Assembly: GCA_964016885.1 (NCBI GenBank)
Contig: OZ024743.1
Coordinates: 50,468,001 to 50,532,000, forward strand
From: Eledone cirrhosa
Lineage: Eukaryota
Length of the DNA: 64,000 bases
Direction: 5' to 3'
Shown here: positions 17,601-32,505 of the stretch, piece by piece
Layout: every line of letters begins with the position of its first letter
How positions within the stretch are numbered: the stretch's first letter is position 1
Position numbers and translations under genes: made by a program
The notes under the pieces: model-generated
Told to the model about the DNA's origin: nothing
Database searches by the model: none
Seen by the model: only the letters and a program-made list of their open reading frames with translations

Positions 17601-19699
17601 AACTATTGAACCATTGAACCATTGAACTATTGAACCATTGAACCATTAAACTATTGAACCATTGAACCATTGAACTATTGAACCATTGAACTATTGAACC
17701 TTTGAACCATTGAACTATTGAACCATTGAACTATTGAACCATTGAACCATTGAACGATTGAAGTATTGAACTATTGAAGTATCTAACCATTGAACCATTG
17801 AACCATTGAACCATTGAACTATTGAAACCATTGAACTATTGAACCATTGAACGATTGAACTATTGAACCATTGAACCATTGAACTATTGAACCATTGAAC
17901 CATTGAACCATTGAACTATTGAACGATTGAAGTATTGAACCATTGAACTATTGAAGTATTGAACAATTGAACTATTGAACCATTGAAGTATTGAACCATT
18001 GAACTATTGAACCATTGAACTATTGAACTATTGAACCATTGAACTATTGAACCTATGAACCATTGAACTATTGAACCATTGAACTATCGAACCATTGAGC
18101 CATTGAACGATTGAACGATTGAACTATTGAACCATTGAACCATTGAACCATTGAAGTATTGAACCATTGAACTATTGAAGTATTGAACCATTGAACCATT
18201 GAACCATTGAACCATTGAACCATTGAACTATTGAACAATTGAACTATTGAACCATTGAACCATTGAACTATTGAACCATTGAACTATTGAACTATTGAAC
18301 CATTGAACCATTGAACCATTGAACTATTGAACGATTGAAGTATTGAACCATTGAACTATTGAAGTATTGAACCATTGAACTATTGGACCATTGAACTATT
18401 GAACCGTTGAAGTATTGAACTATTGAACCATTGAACCATTGAACTATTGAACCATTGAACTATTGAACCATTGAACCATTGAACGATTGAAGTATTGAAC
18501 CATTGAAGTATTGAACCATTGAACCATTGAACTAATGAACAATTGAACCATTGAACTATTGAACCATTGAACCATTGAACTATTGAACCATTGAACTATT
18601 GAACTATTGAACTATTGAACCATTGAACTATTGAACCATTGAACCATTGAACGATTGAAGTATTGAACCATTGAACCATTGAACTATTGAACCATTGAAC
18701 CATTGAACCATTGAAGTATTGAACCATTGAACCATTGAACTATAGAACCATTGAACTATTGAACCATTGAACCATTGAACTATTGAACCATTGAACCATT
18801 GAACTATTGAACCATTGAACCATTGAACCATTGAACCATTGAACTATTGAACCATTGAACCATTGAACTATTGAACTATTGAACCATTGAACTATTGAAC
18901 TATTGAAACATTGAACGATTGAAGTATTGAACCATTGAACTATTGAAGTATTGAACTATTGAACCATTGAAGTATTGAACCATTGAACTATTGAACCATT
19001 GAACCATTGAACTATTGAACCAATGAACCATTGAACTATTGAACCATTGAACCATTGAACCATTGAACTATTGAACTATTGAACCATTGAACTATTGAAC
19101 TATTGAACCATTGAACGATTAAAGTATTGAACCATTGAACGATTGAAGTATTGAACCATTGAACTATTGAAGTATTGAACCATTGAACCATTGAACCATT
19201 GAACTATTGAATAATTGAAATATTGAACCATTGAACCATTGAACTATTGAACCAATGAACCATTGAACTATTGAACCATTGAACCATTGAACCATTGAAC
19301 TATTGAACTATTGAACCATTGAACCACTGAACTATTGAAGTATTGAACCATTGAACTATTGAAGTATTGAACCATTGAACCATTGACCCACTGAAGTATT
19401 GAACCATTTAACTATTGAACTATTGAAAGATTGAACCATTGAACCATTGAACTATTGAAGTATTGAACCATTGAACTATTGAACCATTGAACTATTGAAC
19501 TATTGAAATATTGAACCATTGAACCATTGAACTATTGAACCATTGAACCATTGAACTATTGAACCATTGAACTATTGAACTATTGAAGTATTGAACCATT
19601 GAACTATTGAACCATTGAACTATTGAACCATTGAACTATTGAACCATTGAACTATTGAACCATTGAACCATTGAACTATTGAACCATTGAACTATTGAA

Positions 19700-22600
19700 C
19701 CATTGAACCATTGAACCATTGAACTATTGAACGATTGAAGTATTGAACCATTGAACTATTGAAGTATTGAACCATTGAACTATTGAACGATTGAAGTATT
19801 GAACCATTGAACTATTGAAGTATTGAACCATTGAACTATTGAACGATTGAAGTATGGAACCATCGAACTATTGAAGTACTGAACCATTGAACCATTGAAC
19901 CATTGAAGTATTGAACCATTGAAGTATTGAACCATAGAACCATTGAACCACTGACCTATTGAAGTATTGAACCATTGAACTATTGAAGTATTGAACTATT
20001 GAACTATTGAACTATTGAACCATTGAACCATTGAACCATTGAACTATTGAACCATTGAACTATTGAACTATTGAACCATTGAACCACTGAACTATTGAAG
20101 TATTGAACCGTTGAACTATTTAAGTATTGAACCATTGAACCATTGAACCACTGAAGTATTGAACCATTGAACTATTGAACTATTGAAAGATTGAACCATT
20201 GAACCATTGAACTATTGAAGTATTGAACCATTGAACTATTGAAACATTAAACTATTGAACTATTGAAATATTGAACCATTGAACCATTGAACTATTGAAC
20301 CATTCAACTATTGAACCTTTGAACCATTGAACGATTGAAGTATTGAACCATTGAACCATTGAACTATTGAACTATTGAACTATTGAAGTATTGAACCATT
20401 GAACTATTGAACCATTGAACTATTGAACCATTGAACCATTGAACTATTGAACCATTGAACTATTGTACCATTGAACCATTGAACGATTGAAGTATTGAAC
20501 CATTGAACTATTGAACCATTGAACCATTGAACTATTGTACCATTGAATCATTAAACCATTGAACTATTGAACTATTGAAATATTGAACCATTGAACTATT
20601 GAACTATTGAACCATTGAACTATTGAACTATTGAACTATTGAACTATTGAACCATTGAAGAATTGAACTATTGAACCATTGAACTATTGAACCATTGAAC
20701 CATTGAACTATTGAACCATTGAACCATTGAACTATTGAACCATTGAACCATTGAAGAATTGAACTATTGAACCATTGAACTATTGAACTATTGAAATATT
20801 GAACCATTGAACCATTGAACTATTGAACCATTGAACCATTGAACTATTGAACCATTGAACTATTGAACTATTGAAGTATTGAACCATTGAACTATTGAAC
20901 CATTGAACTATTGAACCATTGAACTATTGAACCATTGAACTATTGAACCATTGAACCATTGAACTATTGAACCATTGAACTATTGAACCATTGAACCATT
21001 GAACCATTGAAGTATTGAACCATTGAACTATTGAACCATTGAACCATTGAACTATTGAACCATTGAACAATTAAACCATTGAACTATTGAACCATTGAAC
21101 TATTGAACCATTGAACCATTGAACCATTGAACTATTGAACCATTGAACTATTGAACCATTGAACCATTGAACCATTGAAGTATTGAACCATTGAACTATT
21201 GAACCATTGAACCATTGAACAATTGAACTATTGAAATATTGAACCATTGAACTATTGAACCATTGAACCATTGAACTATTGAACCATTGAACTATTGAAC
21301 CTTTGAACCATTGAACTATTGAACCATTCAACTATTGAACGATTGAACCATTGAACGATTGAACTATTGAACTATTGAACCATTGAACCATTGAACAATT
21401 GAAGTATTGAACCATTGAACTATTGATGTATTGAACCATTGAACCATTGAACCAGTGAACCATTGAACTATTGAACCATTGAACTATTGAACCATTGAAC
21501 CATTGAACTATTGAACCATTGAACCATTGAACTATTGAACCATTGAACCATTGAACCATTGAACTATTGAACGATTGAAGTATTGAACCATTGAACTATT
21601 GAAGTATTGAACCATTGAACTATTGAACGATTGAAGTATTGAACCATTGAACTATTGAAGTATTGAACCATTGAACTATTGAACGATTGAAGTATGGAAC
21701 CATCGAACTATTGAAGTACTGAACCATTGAACCATTGAACCATTGAACTATTGAACCATTGAAGTATTGAACCATTGAACCATTGAACCACTGACCTATT
21801 GAAGTATTGAACCATTGAACTATTGAAGTATTGAACTATTGAACTATTGAACTATTGAACCATTGAACCATTGAACCATTGAACTATTGAACCATTGAAC
21901 TATTGAACTATTGAACCATTGAACCACTGAACTATTGAAGTATTGAACCGTTGAACTATTTAAGTATTGAACCATTGAACCATTGAACCACTGAAGTATT
22001 GAACCATTGAACTATTGAACTATTGAAAGATTGAACCATTGAACCATTGAACTATTGAAGTATTGAACCATTGAACTATTGAAACATTAAACTATTGAAC
22101 TATTGAAATATTGAACCATTGAACCATTGAACTATTGAACCATTCAACTATTGAACCTTTGAACCATTGAACGATTGAAGTATTGAACCATTGAACCATT
22201 GAACTATTGAACTATTGAACTATTGAAGTATTGAACCATTGAACTATTGAACCATTGAACTATTGAACCATTGAACCATTGAACTATTGAACCATTGAAC
22301 TATTGTACCATTGAACCATTGAACGATTGAAGTATTGAACCATTGAACTATTGAACCATTGAACCATTGAACTATTGTACCATTGAATCATTAAACCATT
22401 GAACTATTGAACTATTGAAATATTGAACCATTGAACTATTGAACTATTGAACCATTGAACTATTGAACTATTGAACTATTGAACTATTGAACCATTGAAG
22501 AATTGAACTATTGAACCATTGAACTATTGAACCATTGAACCATTGAACTATTGAACCATTGAACCATTGAACTATTGAACCATTGAACCATTGAAGAATT

Positions 22601-24400
22601 GAACTATTGAACCATTGAACTATTGAACTATTGAAATATTGAACCATTGAACCATTGAACTATTGAACCATTGAACCATTGAACTATTGAACCATTGAAC
22701 TATTGAACTATTGAAGTATTGAACCATTGAACTATTGAACCATTGAACTATTGAACCATTGAACTATTGAACCATTGAACTATTGAACCATTGAACCATT
22801 GAACTATTGAACCATTGAACTATTGAACCATTGAACCATTGAACCATTGAAGTATTGAACCATTGAACTATTGAACCATTGAACCATTGAACTATTGAAC
22901 CATTGAACAATTAAACCATTGAACTATTGAACCATTGAACTATTGAACCATTGAACCATTGAACCATTGAACTATTGAACCATTGAACTATTGAACCATT
23001 GAACCATTGAACCATTGAAGTATTGAACCATTGAACTATTGAACCATTGAACCATTGAACAATTGAACTATTGAAATATTGAACCATTGAACTATTGAAC
23101 CATTGAACCATTGAACTATTGAACCATTGAACTATTGAACCTTTGAACCATTGAACTATTGAACCATTCAACTATTGAACGATTGAACCATTGAACGATT
23201 GAACTATTGAACTATTGAACCATTGAACCATTGAACAATTGAAGTATTGAACCATTGAACTATTGATGTATTGAACCATTGAACCATTGAACCAGTGAAC
23301 CATTGAACTATTGAACCATTGAACTATTGAACCATTGAACCATTGAACTATTGAACCATTGAACCATTGAACTATTGAACCATTGAACCATTGAACCATT
23401 GAACTATTGAACGATTGAAGTATTGAACCATTGAACTATTGAAGTATTGAACCATTGAACTATTGAACGATTGAAGTATTGAACCATTGAACTATTGAAG
23501 TATTGAACCATTGAACTATTGAACGATTGAAGTATGGAACCATCGAACTATTGAAGTACTGAACCATTGAACCATTGAACCATTGAACTATTGAACCATT
23601 GAAGTATTGAACCATTGAACCATTGAACCACTGACCTATTGAAGTATTGAACCATTGAACTATTGAAGTATTGAACTATTGAACTATTGAACTATTGAAC
23701 CATTGAACCATTGAACCATTGAACTATTGAACCATTGAACTATTGAACTATTGAACCATTGAACCACTGAACTATTGAAGTATTGAACCGTTGAACTATT
23801 TAAGTATTGAACCATTGAACCATTGAACCACTGAAGTATTGAACCATTGAACTATTGAACTATTGAAAGATTGAACCATTGAACCATTGAACTATTGAAG
23901 TATTGAACCATTGAACTATTGAAACATTAAACTATTGAACTATTGAAATATTGAACCATTGAACCATTGAACTATTGAACCATTCAACTATTGAACCTTT
24001 GAACCATTGAACGATTGAAGTATTGAACCATTGAACCATTGAACTATTGAACTATTGAACTATTGAAGTATTGAACCATTGAACTATTGAACCATTGAAC
24101 TATTGAACCATTGAACCATTGAACTATTGAACCATTGAACTATTGTACCATTGAACCATTGAACGATTGAAGTATTGAACCATTGAACTATTGAACCATT
24201 GAACCATTGAACTATTGTACCATTGAATCATTAAACCATTGAACTATTGAACTATTGAAATATTGAACCATTGAACTATTGAACTATTGAACCATTGAAC
24301 TATTGAACTATTGAACTATTGAACTATTGAACCATTGAAGAATTGAACTATTGAACCATTGAACTATTGAACCATTGAACCATTGAACTATTGAACCATT
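19700..24400. repeat. 1,840-bp (230-unit) higher-order repeat, ~2.5 tandem copies
   Basis: agtatggaaccatcg at 19,851, 21,691 and 23,531. Identical spurious ORFs at 21,071/22,911 and 21,332/23,172 are offset by 1,840. Confidence 0.9.
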
Positions 24401-27400
24401 GAACCATTGAACGATTGAAGTATTGAACCATTGAACCATTGAACTATTGAACCATTGAACTATTGAACCATTGAACCATTGAACTATTGAACCATTGAAC
24501 CATTGAACTATTGAACCATTGAACCATTAAACTATTGAACCATTGAACCATTGAACTATTGAACCATTGAACTATTGAACCTTTGAACCATTGAACTATT
24601 GAACCATTGAACTATTGAACCATTGAACCATTGAACGATTGAAGTATTGAACTATTGAAGTATCTAACCATTGAACCATTGAACCATTGAACCATTGAAC
24701 TATTGAAACCATTGAACTATTGAACCATTGAACGATTGAACTATTGAACCATTGAACCATTGAACTATTGAACCATTGAACCATTGAACCATTGAACTAT
24801 TGAACGATTGAAGTATTGAACCATTGAACTATTGAAGTATTGAACAATTGAACTATTGAACCATTGAAGTATTGAACCATTGAACTATTGAACCATTGAA
24901 CTATTGAACTATTGAACCATTGAACTATTGAACCTTTGAACCATTGAACTATTGAACCATTGAACTATCGAACCATTGAGCCATTGAACGATTGAACCAT
25001 TGAACTATTGAACCATTGAACCATTGAACCATTGAAGTATTGAACCATTGAACTATTGAAGTATTGAACCATTGAACCATTGAACCATTGAACCATTGAA
25101 CCATTGAACTATTGAACAATTGAACTATTGAACCATTGAACCATTGAACTATTGAACCATTGAACTATTGAACTATTGAACCATTGAACCATTGAACCAT
25201 TGAACTATTGAACGATTGAAGTATTGAACCATTGAACTATTGAAGTATTGAACCATTGAACTATTGGACCATTGAACTATTGAACCGTTGAAGTATTGAA
25301 CCATTGAACCATTGAACCATTGAACTATTGAACCATTGAACTATTGAACCATTGAACCATTGAACGATTGAAGTATTGAACCATTGAAGTATTGAACCAT
25401 TGAACCATTGAACTAATGAACAATTGAACCATTGAACTATTGAACCATTGAACCATTGAACTATTGAACCATTGAACTATTGAACTATTGAACTATTGAA
25501 CCATTGAACTATTGAACCATTGAACCATTGAACGATTGAAGTATTGAACCATTGAACCATTGAACTATTGAACCATTGAACCATTGAACCATTGAAGTAT
25601 TGAACCATTGAACCATTGAACCATTGAACTATTGAACCATTGAACTATTGAACCATTGAACCATTGAACTATTGAACCATTGAACCATTGAACTATTGAA
25701 CCATTGAACCATTGAACCATTGAACCATTGAACTATTGAACCATTGAACCATTGAACCATTGAACTATTGAACTATTGAACCATTGAACTATTGAACTAT
25801 TGAAACATTGAACGATTGAAGTATTGAACCATTGAACTATTGAAGTATTGAACTATTGAACCATTGAAGTATTGAACCATTGAACTATTGAACCATTGAA
25901 CCATTGAACTATTGAACCAATGAACCATTGAACTATTGAACCATTGAACCATTGAACCATTGAACTATTGAACTATTGAACCATTGAACTATTGAACTAT
26001 TGAACCATTGAACGATTAAAGTATTGAACCATTGAACGATTGAAGTATTGAACCATTGAACTATTGAAGTATTGAACCATTGAACCATTGAACCATTGAA
26101 CTATTGAATAATTGAAATATTGAACCATTGAACCATTGAACTATTGAACCAATGAACCATTGAACTATTGAACCATTGAACCATTGAACCATTGAACTAT
26201 TGAACTATTGAACCATTGAACCACTGAACTATTGAAGTATTGAACCATTGAACTATTGAAGTATTGAACCATTGAACCATTGAACCACTGAAGTATTGAA
26301 CCATTTAACTATTGAACTATTGAAAGATTGAACCATTGAACCATTGAACTATTGAAGTATTGAACCATTGAACTATTGAACCATTGAACTATTGAACTAT
26401 TGAAATATTGAATCATTGAACCATTGAACTATTGAACCATTGAACCATTGAACTATTGAACCATTGAACTATTGAACTATTGAAGTATTGAACCATTGAA
26501 CTATTGAACCATTGAACTATTGAACCATTGAACTATTGAACCATTGAACTATTGAACCATTGAACCATTGAACTATTGAACCATTGAACTATTGAACCAT
26601 TGAACCATTGAACCATTGAAGTATTGAACCATTGAACTATTGAACCATTGAACCATTGAACTATTGAACCATTGAACAATTAAACCATTGAACTATTGAA
26701 CCATTGAACTATTGAACCATTGAACCATTGAACCATTGAACTATTGAACCATTGAACTATTGAACCATTGAACCATTGAACCATTGAAGTATTGAACCAT
26801 TGAACTATTGAACCATTGAACCATTGAACTATTGAACTATTGAAATATTGAACCATTGAACTATTGAACTATTGAACCATTGAACTATTGAACTATTGAA
26901 CCATTGAACCATTGAACTATTGAACCATTGAACTATTGAACCTTTGAACCATTGAACTATTGAACCATTGAACTATTGAACCATTGAACCATTGAACTAT
27001 TGAACCATTGAACCATTGAACTATTGAACCATTGAACCATTGAACCATTGAACTATTGAACGATTGAAGTATTGAACCATTGAACTATTGAAGTATTGAA
27101 CCATTGAACTATTGAACCATTGAAGTATTGAACCATTGAACTATTGAATCATTGAACCATTGAACTATTGAACCATTGAACCATTGAACCATTGAACCAT
27201 TGAACTATTGAACCATTGAACCATTGAACGATTGAAGTATTGAACTATTGAACCATTGAACCATTGAACCATTGAACTATTGAACGATTGAAGTATTGAC
27301 CCATTGAACTATTGAAGTATTGAACCATTGAACTATTGAACCATTGAACTATTGAACCATTGAAGTATTCAACCATTGAACCATTGAACCACTGAACTAT

Positions 27401-30400
27401 TGAAGTATTGAACCATTGAACTATTGAAGTATTGAACTATTGAAATATTGAACTATTGAACCATTGAACCATTGAACCATTGAACTATTGAACCATTGAA
27501 CCATTGAAATATTGAACTATTGAACCATTGAACTATTGAACCATTGAACCATTGAACTATTGAACCATTGAACCATTGAACTATTGAACCATTGAACCAT
27601 TGAACCATTGACCTATTGAAGTATTGAACCATTGAACTATTGAACCATTGAACTATTGAAGTATTGAACCATTGAACTATTGAACCATTGAACTATTGAA
27701 CCATTGAAGTATTGAACCATTGAACCATTGAACCACTGAACTATTGAAGTATTGAACCATTGAACTATTGAAGTATTGAACTATTGAACTATTGAACTAT
27801 TGAAACATTGAACCATTGAACCATTGAACTATTGAACCATTGAACTATTGAACTATTGAACCATTGAACCACTGAACTATTGAAGTATTGAACCATTGAA
27901 CTATTGAAGTATTGAACCATTGAACCATTGAACCACTGAAGTATAGAACCATTGAACTATTGAACTATTGAAAGATTGAACCATTGAACCATTGAACTAT
28001 TGAAGTATTGAACCATTGAACTATTGAACCATTGAACTATTGAACTATTGAAATATTGAACCATTGAACCATTGAACTATTGAACCATTGAACCATTGAA
28101 CTATTGAACCATTGAACTATTGAACTATTGAAGTATTGAACCATTGAACTATTGAACCATTGAACTATTGAACCATTGAACTATTGAACTATTGAACCAT
28201 TGAACTATTGAACCATTGAACCATTGAACTATTGAACCATTGAACTATTGAACCATTGAACCATTGAACCATTGAAGTATTGAACCATTGAACTATTGAA
28301 CCATTGAACCATTGAACTATTGAACCATTGAACCATTAAACCATTGAACTATTGAACCATTGAATCATTAAACTATTGAACTATTGAACTATTGATATAT
28401 TGAACCATTGAACCATTGAACTATTGAACCATTGAACCATTGAACTATTGAACCATTGAACTATTGAACCATTGAACTATTGAACCATTGAACCATTGAA
28501 CTATTGAACCATTGTACTATTGAACCATTGAACCATTGAACCATTGAAGTATTGAACCATTGAACTATTGAACCATTGAACCATTGAACTATTGAACTAT
28601 TGAAATATTGAACCATTGAATTATTGAACTATTGAACCATTGAACTATTGAATTATTGAACCATTGAAGTATTGAACCATTGAACTATTGAACCATTGAA
28701 CCATTGAACTATTGAACCATTGAACCATGGAACTATTGAACCATTGAACCATTGAAGGATTGAAGTATTGAACCATTAAACCATTGAACTATTGAACCAT
28801 TGAACTATTGAACCTTTGAACCATTGAACTATTGAACCATTGAACCATTGAACGATTGAAGTATTGAACCATTGAACTATTGAACCATTGAAGTATTGAA
28901 CCATTGAACTATTGAACCATTGAACCATTGAACTATTGAACCATTGAACTATTGAACCTTTGAACCATTGAACTATTGAACCATTGAACCATTGAACGAT
29001 TGAACCATTGAACTATTGAACCATTGAACTATTGAACTATTGAACCATTGAACGATTGAAGTATTGAACCATTGAACTATTGAAGTATTGAACTATTGAA
29101 CCTTTGAACCATTGAACTATTGAACCATTGAACTATTGAACCATTGAACCATTGAACTATTGAACCATTGAACCATTGAACTATTGAACCCTTGAACCAT
29201 TGAACCATTGAACTATTGAACGATTGAAGTATTGAACCATTGAACTATTGAAGTATTGAACCATTGAACTATTGAACCATTGAAGTATTGAACCATTGAA
29301 CTATTGAACCATTGAAGTATTGAACCATTGAACTATTGAATCATTGAACCATTGAACTATTGAACCATTGAACCATTGAACCATTGAACCATTGAACTAT
29401 TGAACCATTGAACCATTGAACGATTGAAGTATTGAACTATTGAACCATTGAACCATTGAACCATTGAACTATTGAACGATTGAAGTATTGAACCATTGAA
29501 CTATTGAAGTATTGAACCATTGAACCATTAAACCCTTGAACCATTGAACCATTGAACTATTGAACCATTGAAATATTGAACCATTGAACCATTGAACGAT
29601 TGAAGTATTGAACCATTGAACTATTGAACCATTGAACCATTGAACTATTGAACCATTGAACCATTAACCCATTGAACTATTGAACCATTGAATCATTAAA
29701 CTATTGAACTATTGAACTATTGAAATATTGAACTATTGAAATATTGAACCATTGAACGATTGAAGTATTGAACCATTGATCAATTGAACTATTGAACCAT
29801 TGAACCATTCAACGATTGAAGTATTGAACCATTGAACCATTGAACTATTGAACCATTGAACTATTGAACCATTGAACCATTGAGCTATTGAACCATTGAA
29901 CCATTGAACTATTGAACCATTGAACCATTGAACCATTAAACTATTGAACCATTGAACTATTGAACCTTTGAACCATTGAACTATTGAACCATTGAACTAT
30001 TGAATCATTGAACCATTGAACGATTGAAGTATTGAACCATTGAACTATTGAAGTATCTAACCATTGAACCATTGAACCATTGAACCATTGAACTATTGAA
30101 CCATTGAACTATTGAACCATTGAACCATTGAACTATTGAACCATTGAACCATTGAACTATTGAACCATTGAACCATTGAACCATTGAACCATTGAACTAT
30201 TGAACGATTGAAGTATTGAACCATTGAACTATTGAAGTATTGAACCATTGAACTATTGAACCATTGAAGTATTGAACCATTGAACTATTGAACCATTGAA
30301 CCATTGAACTATTGAACTATTGAACTATTGAACCATTGAACTATTGAACCTTTGAACCATTGATCTATTGAACCATTGAACTATTGAACCATTGAACCAT

Positions 30401-32013
30401 TGAACGATTGAACCATTGAACTATTGAACCATTGAACCATTGAACCATTGAACTATTGAACCATTGAACCATTGAACCATTGAACTATTGAACGATTGAA
30501 GTATTGAACCATTGAACTATTGAAGTATTGAACCATTGAACTATTGAACCATTGAACTATTGAACCATTGAAGTATTGAACCATTGAACCATTGAACCAT
30601 TGAACTATTGAACCATTGAACTATTGAACCATTGAACCATTGAACGATTGAAGTATTGAACCATTGAAGTATTGAACCATTGAACCATTGAACTATTGAA
30701 CAATTGAACCATTGAACTATTGAACCATTGAACCACTGAACTATTGGACCATTGAACTATTGAACTATTGAACTATTGAACCATTGAACTATTGAACCAT
30801 TGAACCATTGAACTATTGAAGTATTGAACCATTGAACCATTGAACCATTGAAGTATTGAACCATTGAACCATTGAACTATTGAACCATTGAACTATTGAA
30901 CCATTGAACCATTGAACTATTGAACCATTGAACCATTGAACTATTGAACCATTGAACTATTGAACCATTGAACCATTGAAATATTGAACTATTGAACCAT
31001 TGAACTATTGAACCATTGAACCATTGAACCATTGAACCATTGAACTATTGAACCATTGAACCATTGAACTGTTGAACTATTGAACCATTGAACTATTGAA
31101 CTATTGAACTATTGAACCATTGAACGATTGAAGTATTGAACCATTGAACTATTGAAGTATTGAACTATTGAACCATTGAAGTATTGAACCATTGAACTAT
31201 TGAACCATTGAACCATTGAACTATTGAACCATTGAACCATTGAACTATTGAACCATTGAACCATTGAACCATTGAACTATTGAACTATTGAACCATTGAA
31301 CTATTGAACTATTGAACTATTGACCCATTGAACGATTGAAGTATTGAACCATTGAACTATTGAAGTATTGAACTATTGAACCATTGAAGTATTGAACCAT
31401 TGAACGATTGAAGTATTGAACCATTGAACTATTGAACTATTGAAACATTGAACCATTAAACCCTTGAACCATTGAACCATTGAACTATTGAACCATTGAA
31501 GTATTGAACCATTGAACCATTGAACCATTGAACCATTGAAATATTGAACCATTGAACCATTGAAATATTGAGACATTGATCCATTAAATCAGGAAGAATT
31601 TTTTCGATTTTGACGTTAATGAATGAATAAATAATTAGTAAACAGATATAATGTTCTTAAGTGGGTGATTATTAAATAATTAAACAATTAAAATTGTAAT
31701 TTCGTTCTTAATTTAATAATTATTGATTATTAATTACTAATTATTAAACTATTGAATCAGAAAGAGTGTTCGTGGCTAGGTGGAGAGCTGGATAGAAGTA
31801 TATTTTTTTATGGTAAGAAATAATGCATTTTAAATATCCTTAAATTTAGAAGAAACCGGAAGAGATGGTGGACGAAAAGCGATAGATGTAGAAAAGGTAT
31901 TGGTTTAGAGGTGGCCATGGAACTGCTGTTTAGAGGAACACGTTTGGGATGATTGATCGTTTATGCTATATCTTCTGGCTAAAACAAAATATCAAGTCAT
32001 GCCGTTGTCTTAT

Positions 32014-32165
32014 GAAGGCGCATGGTTTAGTGGTTAGAGAATTGGGCTTTCAATCGAAAGGTTGTAAGTTCAAATCTTGGACCGGGTGATGTGTTGTTTC
32101 CTTGAGCAAGACACTTTATTTCACGTAGCTCCAGATTACTCAGCTGTGTTAATAGAATAGGTTGC
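32014..32165 (+). mobile_element. tRNA-derived SINE, family 2 (degenerate, partial)
   Basis: A-box-like TGGTTTAGTGG, B-box-like GTTCAAATC, then a CCTTGAGCAAGACACTT core also seen at ~62,430 (+) and ~62,835-62,858 (-). Confidence 0.75.
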
Positions 32166-32276
32166 AAGCTGCAGGTGACAATCCCATCTATAACAGAAGA
32201 AGAAGAAATTCCTCTAATATTTTCCTTTTATTTATTGTTTTGTTTTTGAGGAAAATTCTATCTTCCATACTAACGG

Positions 32277-32293
32277 AAAAAAAAAAAAAAAAA

Positions 32294-32329
<36 letters not shown>
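32277..32329. repeat. poly(A) followed by (AAT)12; tail of the adjacent minus-strand SINE
   Basis: Read directly. Confidence 0.95.
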
Positions 32330-32505
32330 TGTTTCTACTTTAGGCACAAGGCCAGCAATTACCCAGTGCATTACTGGTACTTTATTTTATCGACCCCGTA
32401 AGGATGAAAGGCAAAGTCAACCTCGGCGGGAGTTGAACTCAGATCGTAAAGGGACGTAACTATGCTCGAAAGCATGGCGTCCGACCCTCTACCGATACTG
32501 CCAAT
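32330..32505 (-). mobile_element. tRNA-derived SINE, family 1, copy 1
   Basis: Minus strand: TGGCAGTATCGG (A box), GTTCAACTCC (B box), ending GCCTTGTGCCTAAAGTAGAAACA(ATT)n. Near-identical copies at 55,694 and 63,157. Confidence 0.88.

Larger units (their letters stand above)
1..31585. repeat. 8-bp tandem satellite (ATTGAA-NN; main units ATTGAACC/ATTGAACT, minor GT, CG, AT, CA), ~3,950 units, open at the left window edge
   Basis: Uninterrupted array read directly. ATTG at position 4 and at 31,567 are 8x3945+3 bp apart, matching the three 9-bp ATTGAAACC units at 14,012, 17,821 and 24,702. The array decays at ~31,570-31,590 (gagacattgatccattaaatc). Confidence 0.99.

Noticed and set aside
1642-31576. 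Minus-strand ORFs of the MVQWFNSS/GSIVQWFN type
   Set aside because: Translations of the 8-bp satellite (three units give an 8-aa period). Frames open and close by chance unit order.
1-31585. CRISPR array or other information-storing array
   Set aside because: No unique spacers, no cas genes, eukaryotic context; the variant order is explained by duplication.
32330-32505. tRNA gene (also at 32,014, 55,694, 62,350, 63,157)
   Set aside because: A/B boxes are present but I see no cloverleaf or acceptor stem; they continue into SINE bodies and tails.
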